DNA of 64,000 nt from Clostridium sp. CAG:967 (GTDB lineage Bacteria > Cyanobacteriota > Vampirovibrionia > Gastranaerophilales > Gastranaerophilaceae), in contig HF991463.1 in the NCBI GenBank assembly GCA_000433095.1, positions 17,022-81,021 of the forward strand, written 5' to 3'. How positions within the stretch are numbered: the stretch's first letter is position 1; every line of letters begins with the position of its first letter. A program made the translations under genes and the position numbers. Below are positions 54,613 through 63,918 of this stretch, piece after piece. The notes under the pieces were generated by a model. It worked only from the letters and a program-made list of their open reading frames with translations, was not told the DNA's origin and did not search any database.

Positions 54613-56232
54613 ATGAAATATTCAAAATATTCTACAGTAATTATAGGAAGCGGGATTGCAGGCTTATATGCGGCTTTAAAAATTGAACAGCAGGTTAACC
54701 TTGCTGATGGAATTCTTTTAATTACTAAATCTAAATTGGGAGAAAGTAACTCCAGATACGCACAAGGCGGTATGGTCGGAGTTATGAAAGAAAATAAATC
54801 AGATTCAACTGCTTCTCACATATCAGATACAATCAAAGCAGGAGCCGGGTTAAGTGAATTTAATACAGTTAAATATATATCCGAACATTCCGATACTGTT
54901 ATTAAAGATTTGCTTAAATTCGGTGTTGAGTTTGACAGGGATGAAAATAACGAATTATGTTTTACTAAAGAAGCAGCTCACAGTGTAAGAAGAATTCTTC
55001 ATTCAGGCGGTGATGCTACAGGTAAAATGATTGAACAGGCGCTTTGCAAAAAGGTCAGTGAAAATTCAAATATTGATGTTTACGAACAGACAGATGCTGT
55101 TGAACTTATTGTAAACTCTGATTGTGAATGTAAAGGTGTACTGGTATTTAACGATGATATCGGCGAGTATGAAACAATATATTCACCTGCCGTAATCCTT
55201 GCAACAGGCGGATTGGGGCAGTTGTACAAATATACTACAAATCCCGCAGGCGCTACAGGCGACGGACTTGCATTGGCTTATAACGCAGGAGCGGTAATGC
55301 AGGATATGGAATTTGTCCAGTTCCATCCTACAGCACTTGCTATTGACGGTGAAGAAAACAGATTTTTAATCAGTGAAGCTGTAAGAGGCGAAGGCGCTAA
55401 ACTTTGTGATGGTGACGGGGTTGAATTTATGCATAAATATGATGCAAAAAAAGAACTGGCACCACGTGACATTGTAACCAGAGCCAACTTTAATGAAATG
55501 ATGCAAAATAACGTTGATAATGTTTATTTGAATGCAACTTGTATTGATGAAAAAAAACTTGCCAAACGTTTTCCGAATATTTCAAGAAAATGTCTTGAAA
55601 ACGGCATTGATATTGCTCATGATTTTATACCTGTAGCACCCGCTGCACACTATTTTATGGGCGGTGTTAAAACAAATTTGAGAGGCGAAACCTCAATTAA
55701 GGGGCTGTATGCAATAGGCGAGGTCGCATCAACAGGACTTCACGGCGGCAACAGACTGGCTAGTAATTCGCTTTTAGAATGTGTTGTTTGCGCATTCTCG
55801 GCTGCGGAATTCTTAAAATCAATTGAACTAAAAACTCCAAAACAAATTGATGAAGATATTAAATTAATTCTTGATAAATATTCTGATGAGGATGTGGTTC
55901 TTGATGAACTTGATATTCCTTCTTTGAAAAAGAAACTTCAGGATATTATGTGGGACTATGTGGGAATTTTAAGAAGCGAAGAGTCTTTAATGACTGCTTT
56001 GGAAAAATTGGACGAGTTAAAACGTGAATTTCCGAGAACCGACAAATGTGCCAGCCGTGATGAGTATGAATTTAAAAACATGCTTACGGTTGCAAACTTA
56101 ATAGCTCATTCTGCTTTGCAAAGAAAAGAATCAAGAGGTGCACATTACAGATTGGATTATTTGGAAACTCATGAAGAATGTATTCACAGCTGTATAACTA
56201 AAAAAGAAGGAGAACTCAGCTTTGTTAAGTAA
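54613..56232 (+). CDS. nadB: L-aspartate oxidase
   Basis: 539 aa; FAD-binding VIIGSGIAGLYAAL, RYAQGG, HxGGL-type flavoprotein motifs typical of NadB/fumarate reductase flavoproteins; directly upstream of nadC. Confidence 0.9.
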   Translation: MKYSKYSTVIIGSGIAGLYAALKIEQQVNLADGILLITKSKLGESNSRYAQGGMVGVMKENKSDSTASHISDTIKAGAGLSEFNTVKYISEHSDTVIKDLLKFGVEFDRDENNELCFTKEAAHSVRRILHSGGDATGKMIEQALCKKVSENSNIDVYEQTDAVELIVNSDCECKGVLVFNDDIGEYETIYSPAVILATGGLGQLYKYTTNPAGATGDGLALAYNAGAVMQDMEFVQFHPTALAIDGEENRFLISEAVRGEGAKLCDGDGVEFMHKYDAKKELAPRDIVTRANFNEMMQNNVDNVYLNATCIDEKKLAKRFPNISRKCLENGIDIAHDFIPVAPAAHYFMGGVKTNLRGETSIKGLYAIGEVASTGLHGGNRLASNSLLECVVCAFSAAEFLKSIELKTPKQIDEDIKLILDKYSDEDVVLDELDIPSLKKKLQDIMWDYVGILRSEESLMTALEKLDELKREFPRTDKCASRDEYEFKNMLTVANLIAHSALQRKESRGAHYRLDYLETHEECIHSCITKKEGELSFVK

Positions 56233-57052
56233 GTTTTATATAGAAGACCATGTTAAAATGGCGTTGGAAGAAGATATCGGTTTTGGAGATATTACTACTG
56301 AGAATTTAGCATCTGACGATGACTTTTTGTCAGGGGAATTAAATACAAGAAGCGAAGGTGTTCTTTGCGGATGCGAAGTTTTTAAGACAGTATTCAAAAT
56401 ACTTTCGGATGATGTTAAAATAAAATTTTATTTTAAAGATGGCGATAGAATAAAAAAGGGCGATAAAATTGCTGATATTTCAGGTCCTGCAAAATATCTT
56501 TTAATGGGAGAAAGAGTTTCATTAAACTATATCCAGAGAATGTCAGGTATAGCAACTGAAACAAGGAAGTATCAGGATGCAATTGCTCCTTATAATGCAA
56601 AAATAGTCGATACAAGAAAAACAACTCCAAACTTCAGAGTTTTTGAGAAGTATTCTGTTAAAGTCGGCGGCGGCGCATTACACAGATTTAACCTTTCTGA
56701 TTGTGCGATGATAAAAGATAACCACATAAGGCTTGCAGGCTCAATAACCAATGCGGTTACTAAGTTAAGAGCAAATATTTCTCATGCCCATAAAATTGAA
56801 GTTGAATGCGATACGTTAGAGCAGGTTAAAGAGGCTGTTGAAGTTAAAGCTGATATTATTATGCTTGATAACATGTCTGTTGAAAATATGAAAAAAGCAG
56901 TAGAAATAATAAATCATTCTGCCGTTGTTGAGGCAAGCGGAAACGTAAACCTCGAAACTGTTAATGATATTGCATCTACAGGTGTAGATATAATTTCGTC
57001 AAGTGCTATTGTTGCAAAAGCTCCAACTTTGGATTTGGGACTTGATATATAG
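56222..57052 (+). CDS. nadC: Nicotinate-nucleotide pyrophosphorylase (carboxylating)
   Basis: 276 aa; QRMSGIAT, KVGGGALHRFNLSD, IMLDNM motifs of quinolinate phosphoribosyltransferase; overlaps the nadB stop. Confidence 0.9.
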   Translation: MLSKFYIEDHVKMALEEDIGFGDITTENLASDDDFLSGELNTRSEGVLCGCEVFKTVFKILSDDVKIKFYFKDGDRIKKGDKIADISGPAKYLLMGERVSLNYIQRMSGIATETRKYQDAIAPYNAKIVDTRKTTPNFRVFEKYSVKVGGGALHRFNLSDCAMIKDNHIRLAGSITNAVTKLRANISHAHKIEVECDTLEQVKEAVEVKADIIMLDNMSVENMKKAVEIINHSAVVEASGNVNLETVNDIASTGVDIISSSAIVAKAPTLDLGLDI

Positions 57053-57078
57053 ATAGTGTATATTAAACACCAATTGTT

Positions 57079-57110
57079 AAGAGCCTGAAATTTTCGTATT
57101 TTAGGCTCTT
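57079..57110 (+). terminator. Putative terminator after nadC
   Basis: AAGAGCCTGAAATTTTCGTATTTTAGGCTCTTATT. Confidence 0.55.
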
Positions 57111-57227
57111 ATTATATTAGAGTTATTATTAGAAAAATAATTGTAAATTTTCTTAAAATACATGGCAAAAAAAATTTTCCTTTGTTTTAAAATAAACGTA
57201 GAAGACATTTAATTATTTGGTGAAAAA

Positions 57228-58097
57228 ATGAAAGTAAATTCTATACAACGTGATATGTCCCTAAAGCAGGGAAGTTTAACGCTCCATTCGGAACCTCAGA
57301 ACTTCAGAGAGAAGAATAGTGCGGGCGTGTATAAAAATAATGACAATAGAGGATATAATGCAGCATATAGCGGCAGTTTTACGGGTAAGAGTGAAGCTGC
57401 CGCTACTGCTTTTAAGAAGGGGGGGATTCTTATCAAGAATTGGTTCAAGAAGGGCGGAATTCTTACCAAGAATTGGTTCAGCAGTTTTCTTTCTTATTCT
57501 TATAATCATAATATTTCAACAAGTGCATTGATTGCATTAGGATTGGCAGGTGTTTTAAGACCTGCAACAATCATGGCGCTCCCCGGCAAAAAAGATAAGG
57601 AAGATAAAATTTATGCCTCCGGTCACTCAATGGCATCAGGTATAATCGGTTTTGTAGCATCAACAATTATTACAAGTCCGTTTGATGAATCTATTAAAAA
57701 AGTTTTTGGTGATCCTGAAAAATATAAGAGCAAAAAATTAACCAAAATGCTTAGAATTGAAAAAGCTTTAGAACAAAGAGCATCGTTAAAGAATGCAGCA
57801 GGCGAAATAATCAATACTAAATCTAAGCAGTTATTAAAAAATATCGGAAAACACAAGGGTGCAATGGAAGTTCTTGTTAAGAACGTTCCTGATTGGATTA
57901 TTGCAGTACCGAGAGCAACATTAACAATTGCACTTATTCCTCCAATTCTTAAATACGTATTTGGTGTTGAAAAGAAAAAGAAACCCGAAACCCCAAACAC
58001 CGCTGATACAAAAACAGTTGACAGTAATATGGAAACACCTAAAATGGATTTTATAGAAAAACCTGCTTTTCAGCAATTCAAAGGAGGTGTTAAATAA
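57228..58097 (+). CDS. Hypothetical membrane protein with internal tandem 11-aa repeat
   Basis: 289 aa; KKGGILIKNWF KKGGILTKNWF repeat (33-nt tandem DNA repeat); hydrophobic segments ISTSALIALGLAGVL and IIGFVASTIITSPF. Confidence 0.45.
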   Translation: MKVNSIQRDMSLKQGSLTLHSEPQNFREKNSAGVYKNNDNRGYNAAYSGSFTGKSEAAATAFKKGGILIKNWFKKGGILTKNWFSSFLSYSYNHNISTSALIALGLAGVLRPATIMALPGKKDKEDKIYASGHSMASGIIGFVASTIITSPFDESIKKVFGDPEKYKSKKLTKMLRIEKALEQRASLKNAAGEIINTKSKQLLKNIGKHKGAMEVLVKNVPDWIIAVPRATLTIALIPPILKYVFGVEKKKKPETPNTADTKTVDSNMETPKMDFIEKPAFQQFKGGVK

Positions 58098-58963
58098 TGA
58101 ACGTAACATTAAACACAAACACCTTCAATAATAACAGATATTACAACCAGAACAATCATGCAGCCAAACAGCATTTTACAGCTAATCCGTCATCAAGGGT
58201 TGTCGATGCAGCGGAAGAAGTTCTGAAAAAAGCTGCAAGCGAAGAATCAAGCTTGTTCGAACCGTTTTTAAAATTTTATGACAACTGTACCGATAAAATT
58301 GCTGAAAAATTCACTTCAAAAGTTATTGACAGTAAACCTACCTTCTGGCTTGCAGACAAACTTAAAAACAGCGATAACCTGTTCCAACACTGTCTGACTA
58401 CAGGTTCTGTAATTACAAGCGGATTGTATATGCAAAAAACATTGACAAACGATAAGCTTGATAAAGACAGAAAACGTACACTGGCAGTAAATCAGGGCTT
58501 AACTTTTATTGTTTCTACAATTGGTGCTTATACGCTGGATAAATCATTGAAAAACTGGTGGGAAAACGTTACTGCCAGATATGCAGGCTATCAGTTAGGC
58601 GATGAAAAGTTTGCGGAAAACTTTAAGAACAGCAATATTAAAATTGCAGAAGAAAATAAAGCTATAAAAGCTGCTGCCAAGAAAAAAGGTGTTAAACCGG
58701 AATTAAAATCACTTTTGAAAGTTGAAAAAGAAGTTAAAAAACACGATTACTATAAATCTTTGGAAGCTATCGGCGGTGATATGAAAGAAGCTAAAGCGTT
58801 TATGGGTAAAATAAAAGGTATGGGAATGCTTAGATCAATGATAGTATTTGCCCTTGTTTACCGCTATATTGTTCCTGTAGCTGTGACAAAACCTGCAAAT
58901 ATTCTCTGTGAAAAATACCTTGCACATAAAAAAGCAAAAGCGGAAAATCAAGCTAAGGCTTAA
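58097..58963 (+). CDS. Hypothetical membrane protein (similar architecture to the upstream gene)
   Basis: 288 aa; start overlaps the upstream stop (ATGA); hydrophobic segments VITSGLYM, LTFIVSTIGAYTL, MIVFALVYRYIVPVAV. Confidence 0.45.
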   Translation: MNVTLNTNTFNNNRYYNQNNHAAKQHFTANPSSRVVDAAEEVLKKAASEESSLFEPFLKFYDNCTDKIAEKFTSKVIDSKPTFWLADKLKNSDNLFQHCLTTGSVITSGLYMQKTLTNDKLDKDRKRTLAVNQGLTFIVSTIGAYTLDKSLKNWWENVTARYAGYQLGDEKFAENFKNSNIKIAEENKAIKAAAKKKGVKPELKSLLKVEKEVKKHDYYKSLEAIGGDMKEAKAFMGKIKGMGMLRSMIVFALVYRYIVPVAVTKPANILCEKYLAHKKAKAENQAKA

Positions 58964-59085
58964 AATCTGATACCTTAAACTGAAAATTATATAATTGTTA
59001 CTAAGTATGTAGTAAATTTTTTTGAATTTGCTTGAAAAAAAAAGACATTTATAGTATATTTTGCAGTATAAATGGGGTATAAACA

Positions 59086-60039
59086 GTGGAAAAAGATTAC
59101 CTGGATTTAGATTTAATAGCTAAAGAATGTAATTTGTTTGATAATTCTGACATTAACTCTGTTATCCGCAAAATTCAAGCGCTTGACGAAGTATATGAAC
59201 AAGTTAATCTTGTTAAAATTTACAACTACTTTTTGTCTGTTTCTAAAGAACCGGAAATCTTAATGAATGTAATTCAGTGTGCTGACAGGATTAGAGATAA
59301 ATCTACTTTGAGTTATTTGCTTGATATTCTTTTAATGAAAAATTTAGATAACGATAAAGATGCTTTCATAAATGTTAGAGCTATTTGCGCAAAGGCGATT
59401 GCTAATTTGAAGGATACGTCTGCTGTTACACCGCTTTTATATTGTTTAAATAACAAGGATGAAAATTATAAGGTCAGACTGGCATGTGCTGATGCCTTAG
59501 GAAGAATTGGCGACAGATATGCCGTTGCTCCTTTGATTGAAGTTGTAAAAGATGAAGATGAGAAATCTGTTTATTTAAGAGAAACTGCTGCATCCGCTTT
59601 GGGGATGCTCGGTGATTTGCGTGCTGTTGATCCTCTTGTTAGTATTTTGGAAACACAAAAGGGGATATGGAATAAATTTACTTTTTTGAAAGAGCGTATT
59701 ATCGAGGCTTTAGGAAAATTAAGACTTGATGATGACGAGAGAGTGTTTAATGCACTGAAAAATTCGCTTGTTGATGAATCTCCGCAAATAAGGATTAATG
59801 CTATAGAAGCGATTATGGAAAGTGAAAATCCGCAGGCTGTAGAAACTATTAAGACCTGTCTGATTGAAGATAAGGATGAAGAAGTTAAGAAAAATGCTCT
59901 TATTGCGCTTTATAATCTTATCGGACGTGAAATATTGGACGAAGTGGCAAACGGTTCGGATTATCCTGATATGTTAAAAATGGAAGCGGTATCTATGATT
60001 TCAGAATATGAAGAAGATAATGAGGATGAAGATGAGTAA
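59086..60039 (+). CDS. HEAT-repeat (PBS-lyase-like) protein with acidic tail
   Basis: 317 aa; repeated ...ALG(R/M)(I/L)GD..AV.PL(I/V).(V/I)L units (VRLACADALGRIGDRYAVAPLIEVVKDEDE, ETAASALGMLGDLRAVDPLVSIL). Confidence 0.7.
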   Translation: MEKDYLDLDLIAKECNLFDNSDINSVIRKIQALDEVYEQVNLVKIYNYFLSVSKEPEILMNVIQCADRIRDKSTLSYLLDILLMKNLDNDKDAFINVRAICAKAIANLKDTSAVTPLLYCLNNKDENYKVRLACADALGRIGDRYAVAPLIEVVKDEDEKSVYLRETAASALGMLGDLRAVDPLVSILETQKGIWNKFTFLKERIIEALGKLRLDDDERVFNALKNSLVDESPQIRINAIEAIMESENPQAVETIKTCLIEDKDEEVKKNALIALYNLIGREILDEVANGSDYPDMLKMEAVSMISEYEEDNEDEDE

Positions 60040-60697
60040 AGGAATTATTCTGCTTTCAGGCGGTTTGGATTCGTTGGTTAGTCTGGGCCTGGGGATAAAA
60101 GAATACGGTATTTCGCTTGCTTTAACATTTGATTACGGGCAAAAGTCCGCAAAACAGGAAATTGAAACATCTAAGGCTGTTTGTAATTATTATAATATAG
60201 AGCATAAAGTAATGGTGCTTGATTGGCTTAAAGAGATAACGCATACTGCACTGGTAAGTGATAAGGACGTCCCTCAGGGGAATGAACTGGATAATCCGGA
60301 ACAGTCTGCCAAAAATGTTTGGGTTCCTAACAGAAACGGACTTTTTTTGAATATCGCAGGAAGTTTTGCTGACGGGGAAGACTATGATTATATAATCATA
60401 GGTGCAAATAAAGAGGAAGGGCAAACATTTCCTGATAATACGCAGGAATTTATTGACAGAATAAACGCAGGATTTGAATTTTCTACACAAAAGCATCCGA
60501 AAGTTGTTGCGCCCTTGATAAATTCCGATAAAAATGATATAGTAAAACTGGCGTTAGATAATAATATTCCGCTTCAATATGTTAGAAGCTGTTATCAAAA
60601 CGGTGAGAAACATTGCGGGAAATGTGAATCTTGTACAAGATTGAAAAACGCTTTAATAAATAACCATGACACATATTTTATAAGGGAACTTTTTTGA
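60032..60697 (+). CDS. queC: 7-cyano-7-deazaguanine synthase
   Basis: MSKGIILLSGGLDSLVSL PP-loop; C-terminal zinc cysteines CYQNGEKHCGKCESC; the ATG at 60032 is preferred (the track start 60008 extends into the HEAT gene). Confidence 0.9.
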   Translation: MSKGIILLSGGLDSLVSLGLGIKEYGISLALTFDYGQKSAKQEIETSKAVCNYYNIEHKVMVLDWLKEITHTALVSDKDVPQGNELDNPEQSAKNVWVPNRNGLFLNIAGSFADGEDYDYIIIGANKEEGQTFPDNTQEFIDRINAGFEFSTQKHPKVVAPLINSDKNDIVKLALDNNIPLQYVRSCYQNGEKHCGKCESCTRLKNALINNHDTYFIRELF

Positions 60698-61248
60698 AAA
60701 CAAAATTTTTAGAACAAGAGATTAAATACGAGGGTTGGCAGCTTGCGCCGCACTGGATTTATAAGAATTTTAAAATCCAAGGAGATGCAGCCGTTGCTTT
60801 TATCGGAGAATGCGAAGTTAAATTGACCGAAATGGTTGATATAGAAGATGTTATTAATAATGAACCTATTTACAGCAAGTCTATGCTCAGCTTTATTTCT
60901 GAACAGTTTAATGTAGGGCTTGTGGAAGGGGTTTTCAGACAAAGACTTCTTATCTGCACGATTAAAGAAGCACTTGAAAAACGAGGTTTCAATATTACCA
61001 GAAACGGTGATGATTTATTCTTTGAAGGAAAAAAATTAACAGTTTCTATAGCAACAAAATCAATGACCTCAATATTAATCCATACAGGTATTAATATTGA
61101 TTCTGAGGGGGCTCCTGTTAAAGCAAGCGGTTTGACAAGCGAAATGGGAATAACCGATATTGAAGACTTTGCAAAAGAAGTTATGACAAAATATGAGCAG
61201 GAAATTGATGATATAATATTGGCATCAACAAAAGTTAGAGGTGTATAA
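60694..61248 (+). CDS. Hypothetical protein translationally coupled to queC
   Basis: 184 aa; start overlaps the queC stop by 4 nt; no motif assigned. Confidence 0.4.
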   Translation: MKTKFLEQEIKYEGWQLAPHWIYKNFKIQGDAAVAFIGECEVKLTEMVDIEDVINNEPIYSKSMLSFISEQFNVGLVEGVFRQRLLICTIKEALEKRGFNITRNGDDLFFEGKKLTVSIATKSMTSILIHTGINIDSEGAPVKASGLTSEMGITDIEDFAKEVMTKYEQEIDDIILASTKVRGV

Positions 61249-61928
61249 TGGAAGAAGATTCAAAAAGACCTTCACATATAAGTTATAAAGAATATCAAAA
61301 AAAAGTTACTAAAAATCCTAATGAAGGGATTATAATTTTTGTATCGGCATTTTTTATTTTACTTTTGCTTTTCCTTGGTATAGCTAAACAGATTTCACCG
61401 GAAGTTGATGTTTCTATCGGTGATGATTCTGCTGTTACCAACGAGGCTTTAGATAAAGCTTCCGTTGATGAAAGATTAAAACTTTTAAAAGAAGAAGACA
61501 GCGGTTCTTTAAATTCTGAAGAAAATATGTTTGCTAATGAATTGGAAGAAAAAGTTATTCTTCCCGAACATAAAAAAGATGATAAAAAATCGGAAGAAAC
61601 TCCAAAAGAAGAAGCGCCTATAACTTTACCCGATAAAGAAGCAGCACCAAAACCTGCGGAAACAGCATCGCCTGCTCCAAAAACTGTTCAGCCTCCAACA
61701 TCTTCATCAACTGCAAAAGTCATTGTCGGTTACTATACTACTAAAGAACAGGCAGAAGTTGCAAAAGGTATTATTGCCGAATCAGGTTTAAACATTTCAC
61801 CGTTTGTGAGAAATATCGGCGGTGCTTATACAATACAAGTCGGTTCATACTCTACACGTGAAAAAGCACAGGTTATGGCTAACGAACTTTTAAGAAACAA
61901 TTACCCTGCAAGAATAATTATGGAATAA
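61248..61928 (+). CDS. SPOR-domain membrane protein (septal peptidoglycan-binding, DedD/FtsN-like)
   Basis: N-terminal TM IIIFVSAFFILLLLFLGIA; Pro/Ala-rich linker; C-terminal SPOR-like KVIVGYYTTKEQAEVAKGIIAESGLN...YTIQVGSYSTREKAQVMANELLRNNYPARII. Confidence 0.7.
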   Translation: MEEDSKRPSHISYKEYQKKVTKNPNEGIIIFVSAFFILLLLFLGIAKQISPEVDVSIGDDSAVTNEALDKASVDERLKLLKEEDSGSLNSEENMFANELEEKVILPEHKKDDKKSEETPKEEAPITLPDKEAAPKPAETASPAPKTVQPPTSSSTAKVIVGYYTTKEQAEVAKGIIAESGLNISPFVRNIGGAYTIQVGSYSTREKAQVMANELLRNNYPARIIME

Positions 61929-61944
61929 TCCTAAAGAAAGGAAA

Positions 61945-62586
61945 TTGTTTATGGCTGATGAAGTTGCAGATTATAGACAGGAAGTTATCCGGCAATACAG
62001 AGATGAAGTTAAAAAGTATTCTCAGGATATAAGAATGGGTGATGCAAGCACTCACAATTATGATATGCTCTTCAATGCGTACTGGCATCTTTATGAATTT
62101 TCTATAAAAGATGATGTAAAACCTGATTTTGACAAAGAAACTGTTGATAAAGTCTGCAACCAGCTTCTTGCAAAAATTAAAAAGGATATTACGGATGGCA
62201 AAGCTGACGGATTTACTTACTGCTATTTAGCAGATATTTATACTTATCGTGAAAATAAAGAAAAGGCTCTTGAATGTTTTGATAAAGCTGTTTCTATTGA
62301 TGAATCGTTTAACTGGCATCGTGGAGAGTATAAAAATTATGTATTAAATGACAGAGAAGGAGCTCTTGAAGATTATAACAAAGCTCTGGCTGTAGCGAAA
62401 GATCAGGATACAATTGACCTTATTAACGACAGTATCAAATCAATTGATTTGATTAGAAAAACAGATGAAATTCTAGCAGAAACAGATAAAACACTCAGAA
62501 ATATGAAAATAAAAAGCTTATTAATTTTTGGAGCTTTAATACTGTATATACTTTTTAAAATATATGTAATTTTCTTTACTAACTAA
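61945..62586 (+). CDS. Hypothetical TPR-like protein with C-terminal membrane anchor
   Basis: 213 aa; TPR-like helices (ALECFDKAVSIDESFNW..., ALEDYNKALAV); C-terminal hydrophobic SLLIFGALILYILFKIYVIFF. Confidence 0.4.
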   Translation: MFMADEVADYRQEVIRQYRDEVKKYSQDIRMGDASTHNYDMLFNAYWHLYEFSIKDDVKPDFDKETVDKVCNQLLAKIKKDITDGKADGFTYCYLADIYTYRENKEKALECFDKAVSIDESFNWHRGEYKNYVLNDREGALEDYNKALAVAKDQDTIDLINDSIKSIDLIRKTDEILAETDKTLRNMKIKSLLIFGALILYILFKIYVIFFTN

Positions 62587-62613
62587 AAAAGAGGTCTTAT
62601 GACCTCTTTTTTG
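62585..62613. terminator. Bidirectional rho-independent terminator
   Basis: AAAAAAGAGGTCTTATGACCTCTTTTTTG. Confidence 0.8.
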
Positions 62614-62614
62614 T

Positions 62615-63409
62615 TTAAATAAACCAGTTGCAGGCATCACCTTTACAAAGGACATTTTCAAGATTTGTCATAACATCTTCTTTTGTCATCTCGTAAGTTA
62701 CCGGAGTGATTGAGATTTTGTTATTCTTAACTGCTGCTATATCTGTATTTGAGTCTTCGGATTCTGTGATAAGTTCACCTGCCATCCAGTAGTATACTTT
62801 TCCTCTGGGATCAACTCTTTTTTCGTAATTGTCTGTAAACATTTTTTTTCCGAGTTCTGTAATCGCAACACCTGCAATATCATCTTCATCCAGAGCCGGA
62901 ACGTTAATATTCAGAATACTCTTTTTAGGGAAATTGAATTCTTTAAGCTTTGGCAAAAGCAGATTTACAAATTTTGCAGCATATTTAAAATGCTCGTATT
63001 CATAGTTCATGCTTGCAAGTGACATTGCAATACTTGGAACGCCCAGCATTGCGCCTTCCATTGCACAGCTAACTGTTCCTGAATATAAAATATCTGCGCC
63101 CAGATTAGGCCCATGGTTAATCCCTGAAATTACTACATCAGGCTGTTCTTCCGGTGTCAAAATTGCATTAATTCCTATTTTAACACAATCTCCTGGTGTC
63201 CCTGTTGTTACCCAAGCTCTTTTTACACCATGATAAGCTTCTACTTCTTCAACACGCAGCGGAGTATGCAGAGTTAATGAGTGTCCTGCTGCACTTCTTT
63301 CTCTGTCAGGTGCTATTACATAAACATCATGTTGTTGAGCCAATGTTTCTGTCAAACATCTGATACCGTTAGCTGCAATGCCGTCATCGTTTGAAACCAG
63401 TATTTTCAT
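62615..63409 (-). CDS. surE: 5'/3'-nucleotidase SurE
   Basis: 264 aa; MKILVSNDDGIAANGIRCL...APDRERSAAGHSLT is the SurE signature. Confidence 0.9.
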   Translation of the reverse strand: MKILVSNDDGIAANGIRCLTETLAQQHDVYVIAPDRERSAAGHSLTLHTPLRVEEVEAYHGVKRAWVTTGTPGDCVKIGINAILTPEEQPDVVISGINHGPNLGADILYSGTVSCAMEGAMLGVPSIAMSLASMNYEYEHFKYAAKFVNLLLPKLKEFNFPKKSILNINVPALDEDDIAGVAITELGKKMFTDNYEKRVDPRGKVYYWMAGELITESEDSNTDIAAVKNNKISITPVTYEMTKEDVMTNLENVLCKGDACNWFI

Positions 63410-63662
63410 ATTTCTCCTTTAATACCATCTAAAACTATTCTCTATTTATATTATAACATTCCCGTAAAAATACCACTGTGTGAATTTATAGTCATTAAGT
63501 TTTGTAACAAAATATACAAATGATATTTCAAATATAGCAATTATATATACAAAAAATTGTTTATATACATGAACACGAGGAAAAGCATAAAACGAGGAAT
63601 CAAAAAACGTTTTATTGCACACTACACTTCACACTATTACGAGGAATTATTCAAAGAATTCC

Positions 63663-63695
63663 AACGCCGTTTTTAACAGAAACGGCGTTTTTTTT
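63663..63695. terminator. Hairpin terminator
   Basis: AACGCCGTTTTTAACAGAAACGGCGTTTTTTTT. Confidence 0.65.
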
Positions 63696-63702
63696 GTGTT
63701 AA

Positions 63703-63918
63703 TTAATGATTGTTTAAGTCTCTATAATTTAATTCGTAATTTAGAATTTCAAAGATTTGCTGTACTTCGTTGAATTTAATGGTTCCACGATGCAGCTTGT
63801 TAGAAATGTTGTTGTAAGAATAGAATTTGCCTGTTTTTTCAGAAAGAGCTTCACATACTTTTTTTAATGTGGTTCCTCTGCGGGCAATAATCACTTTTAT
63901 TTCTTCTTTGATATTCAT
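63703..63918 (-). CDS. Small hypothetical protein
   Basis: 71 aa ORF, with the terminator at 63663-63695 on its 3' side; no motif recognised. Confidence 0.35.
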   Translation of the reverse strand: MNIKEEIKVIIARRGTTLKKVCEALSEKTGKFYSYNNISNKLHRGTIKFNEVQQIFEILNYELNYRDLNNH

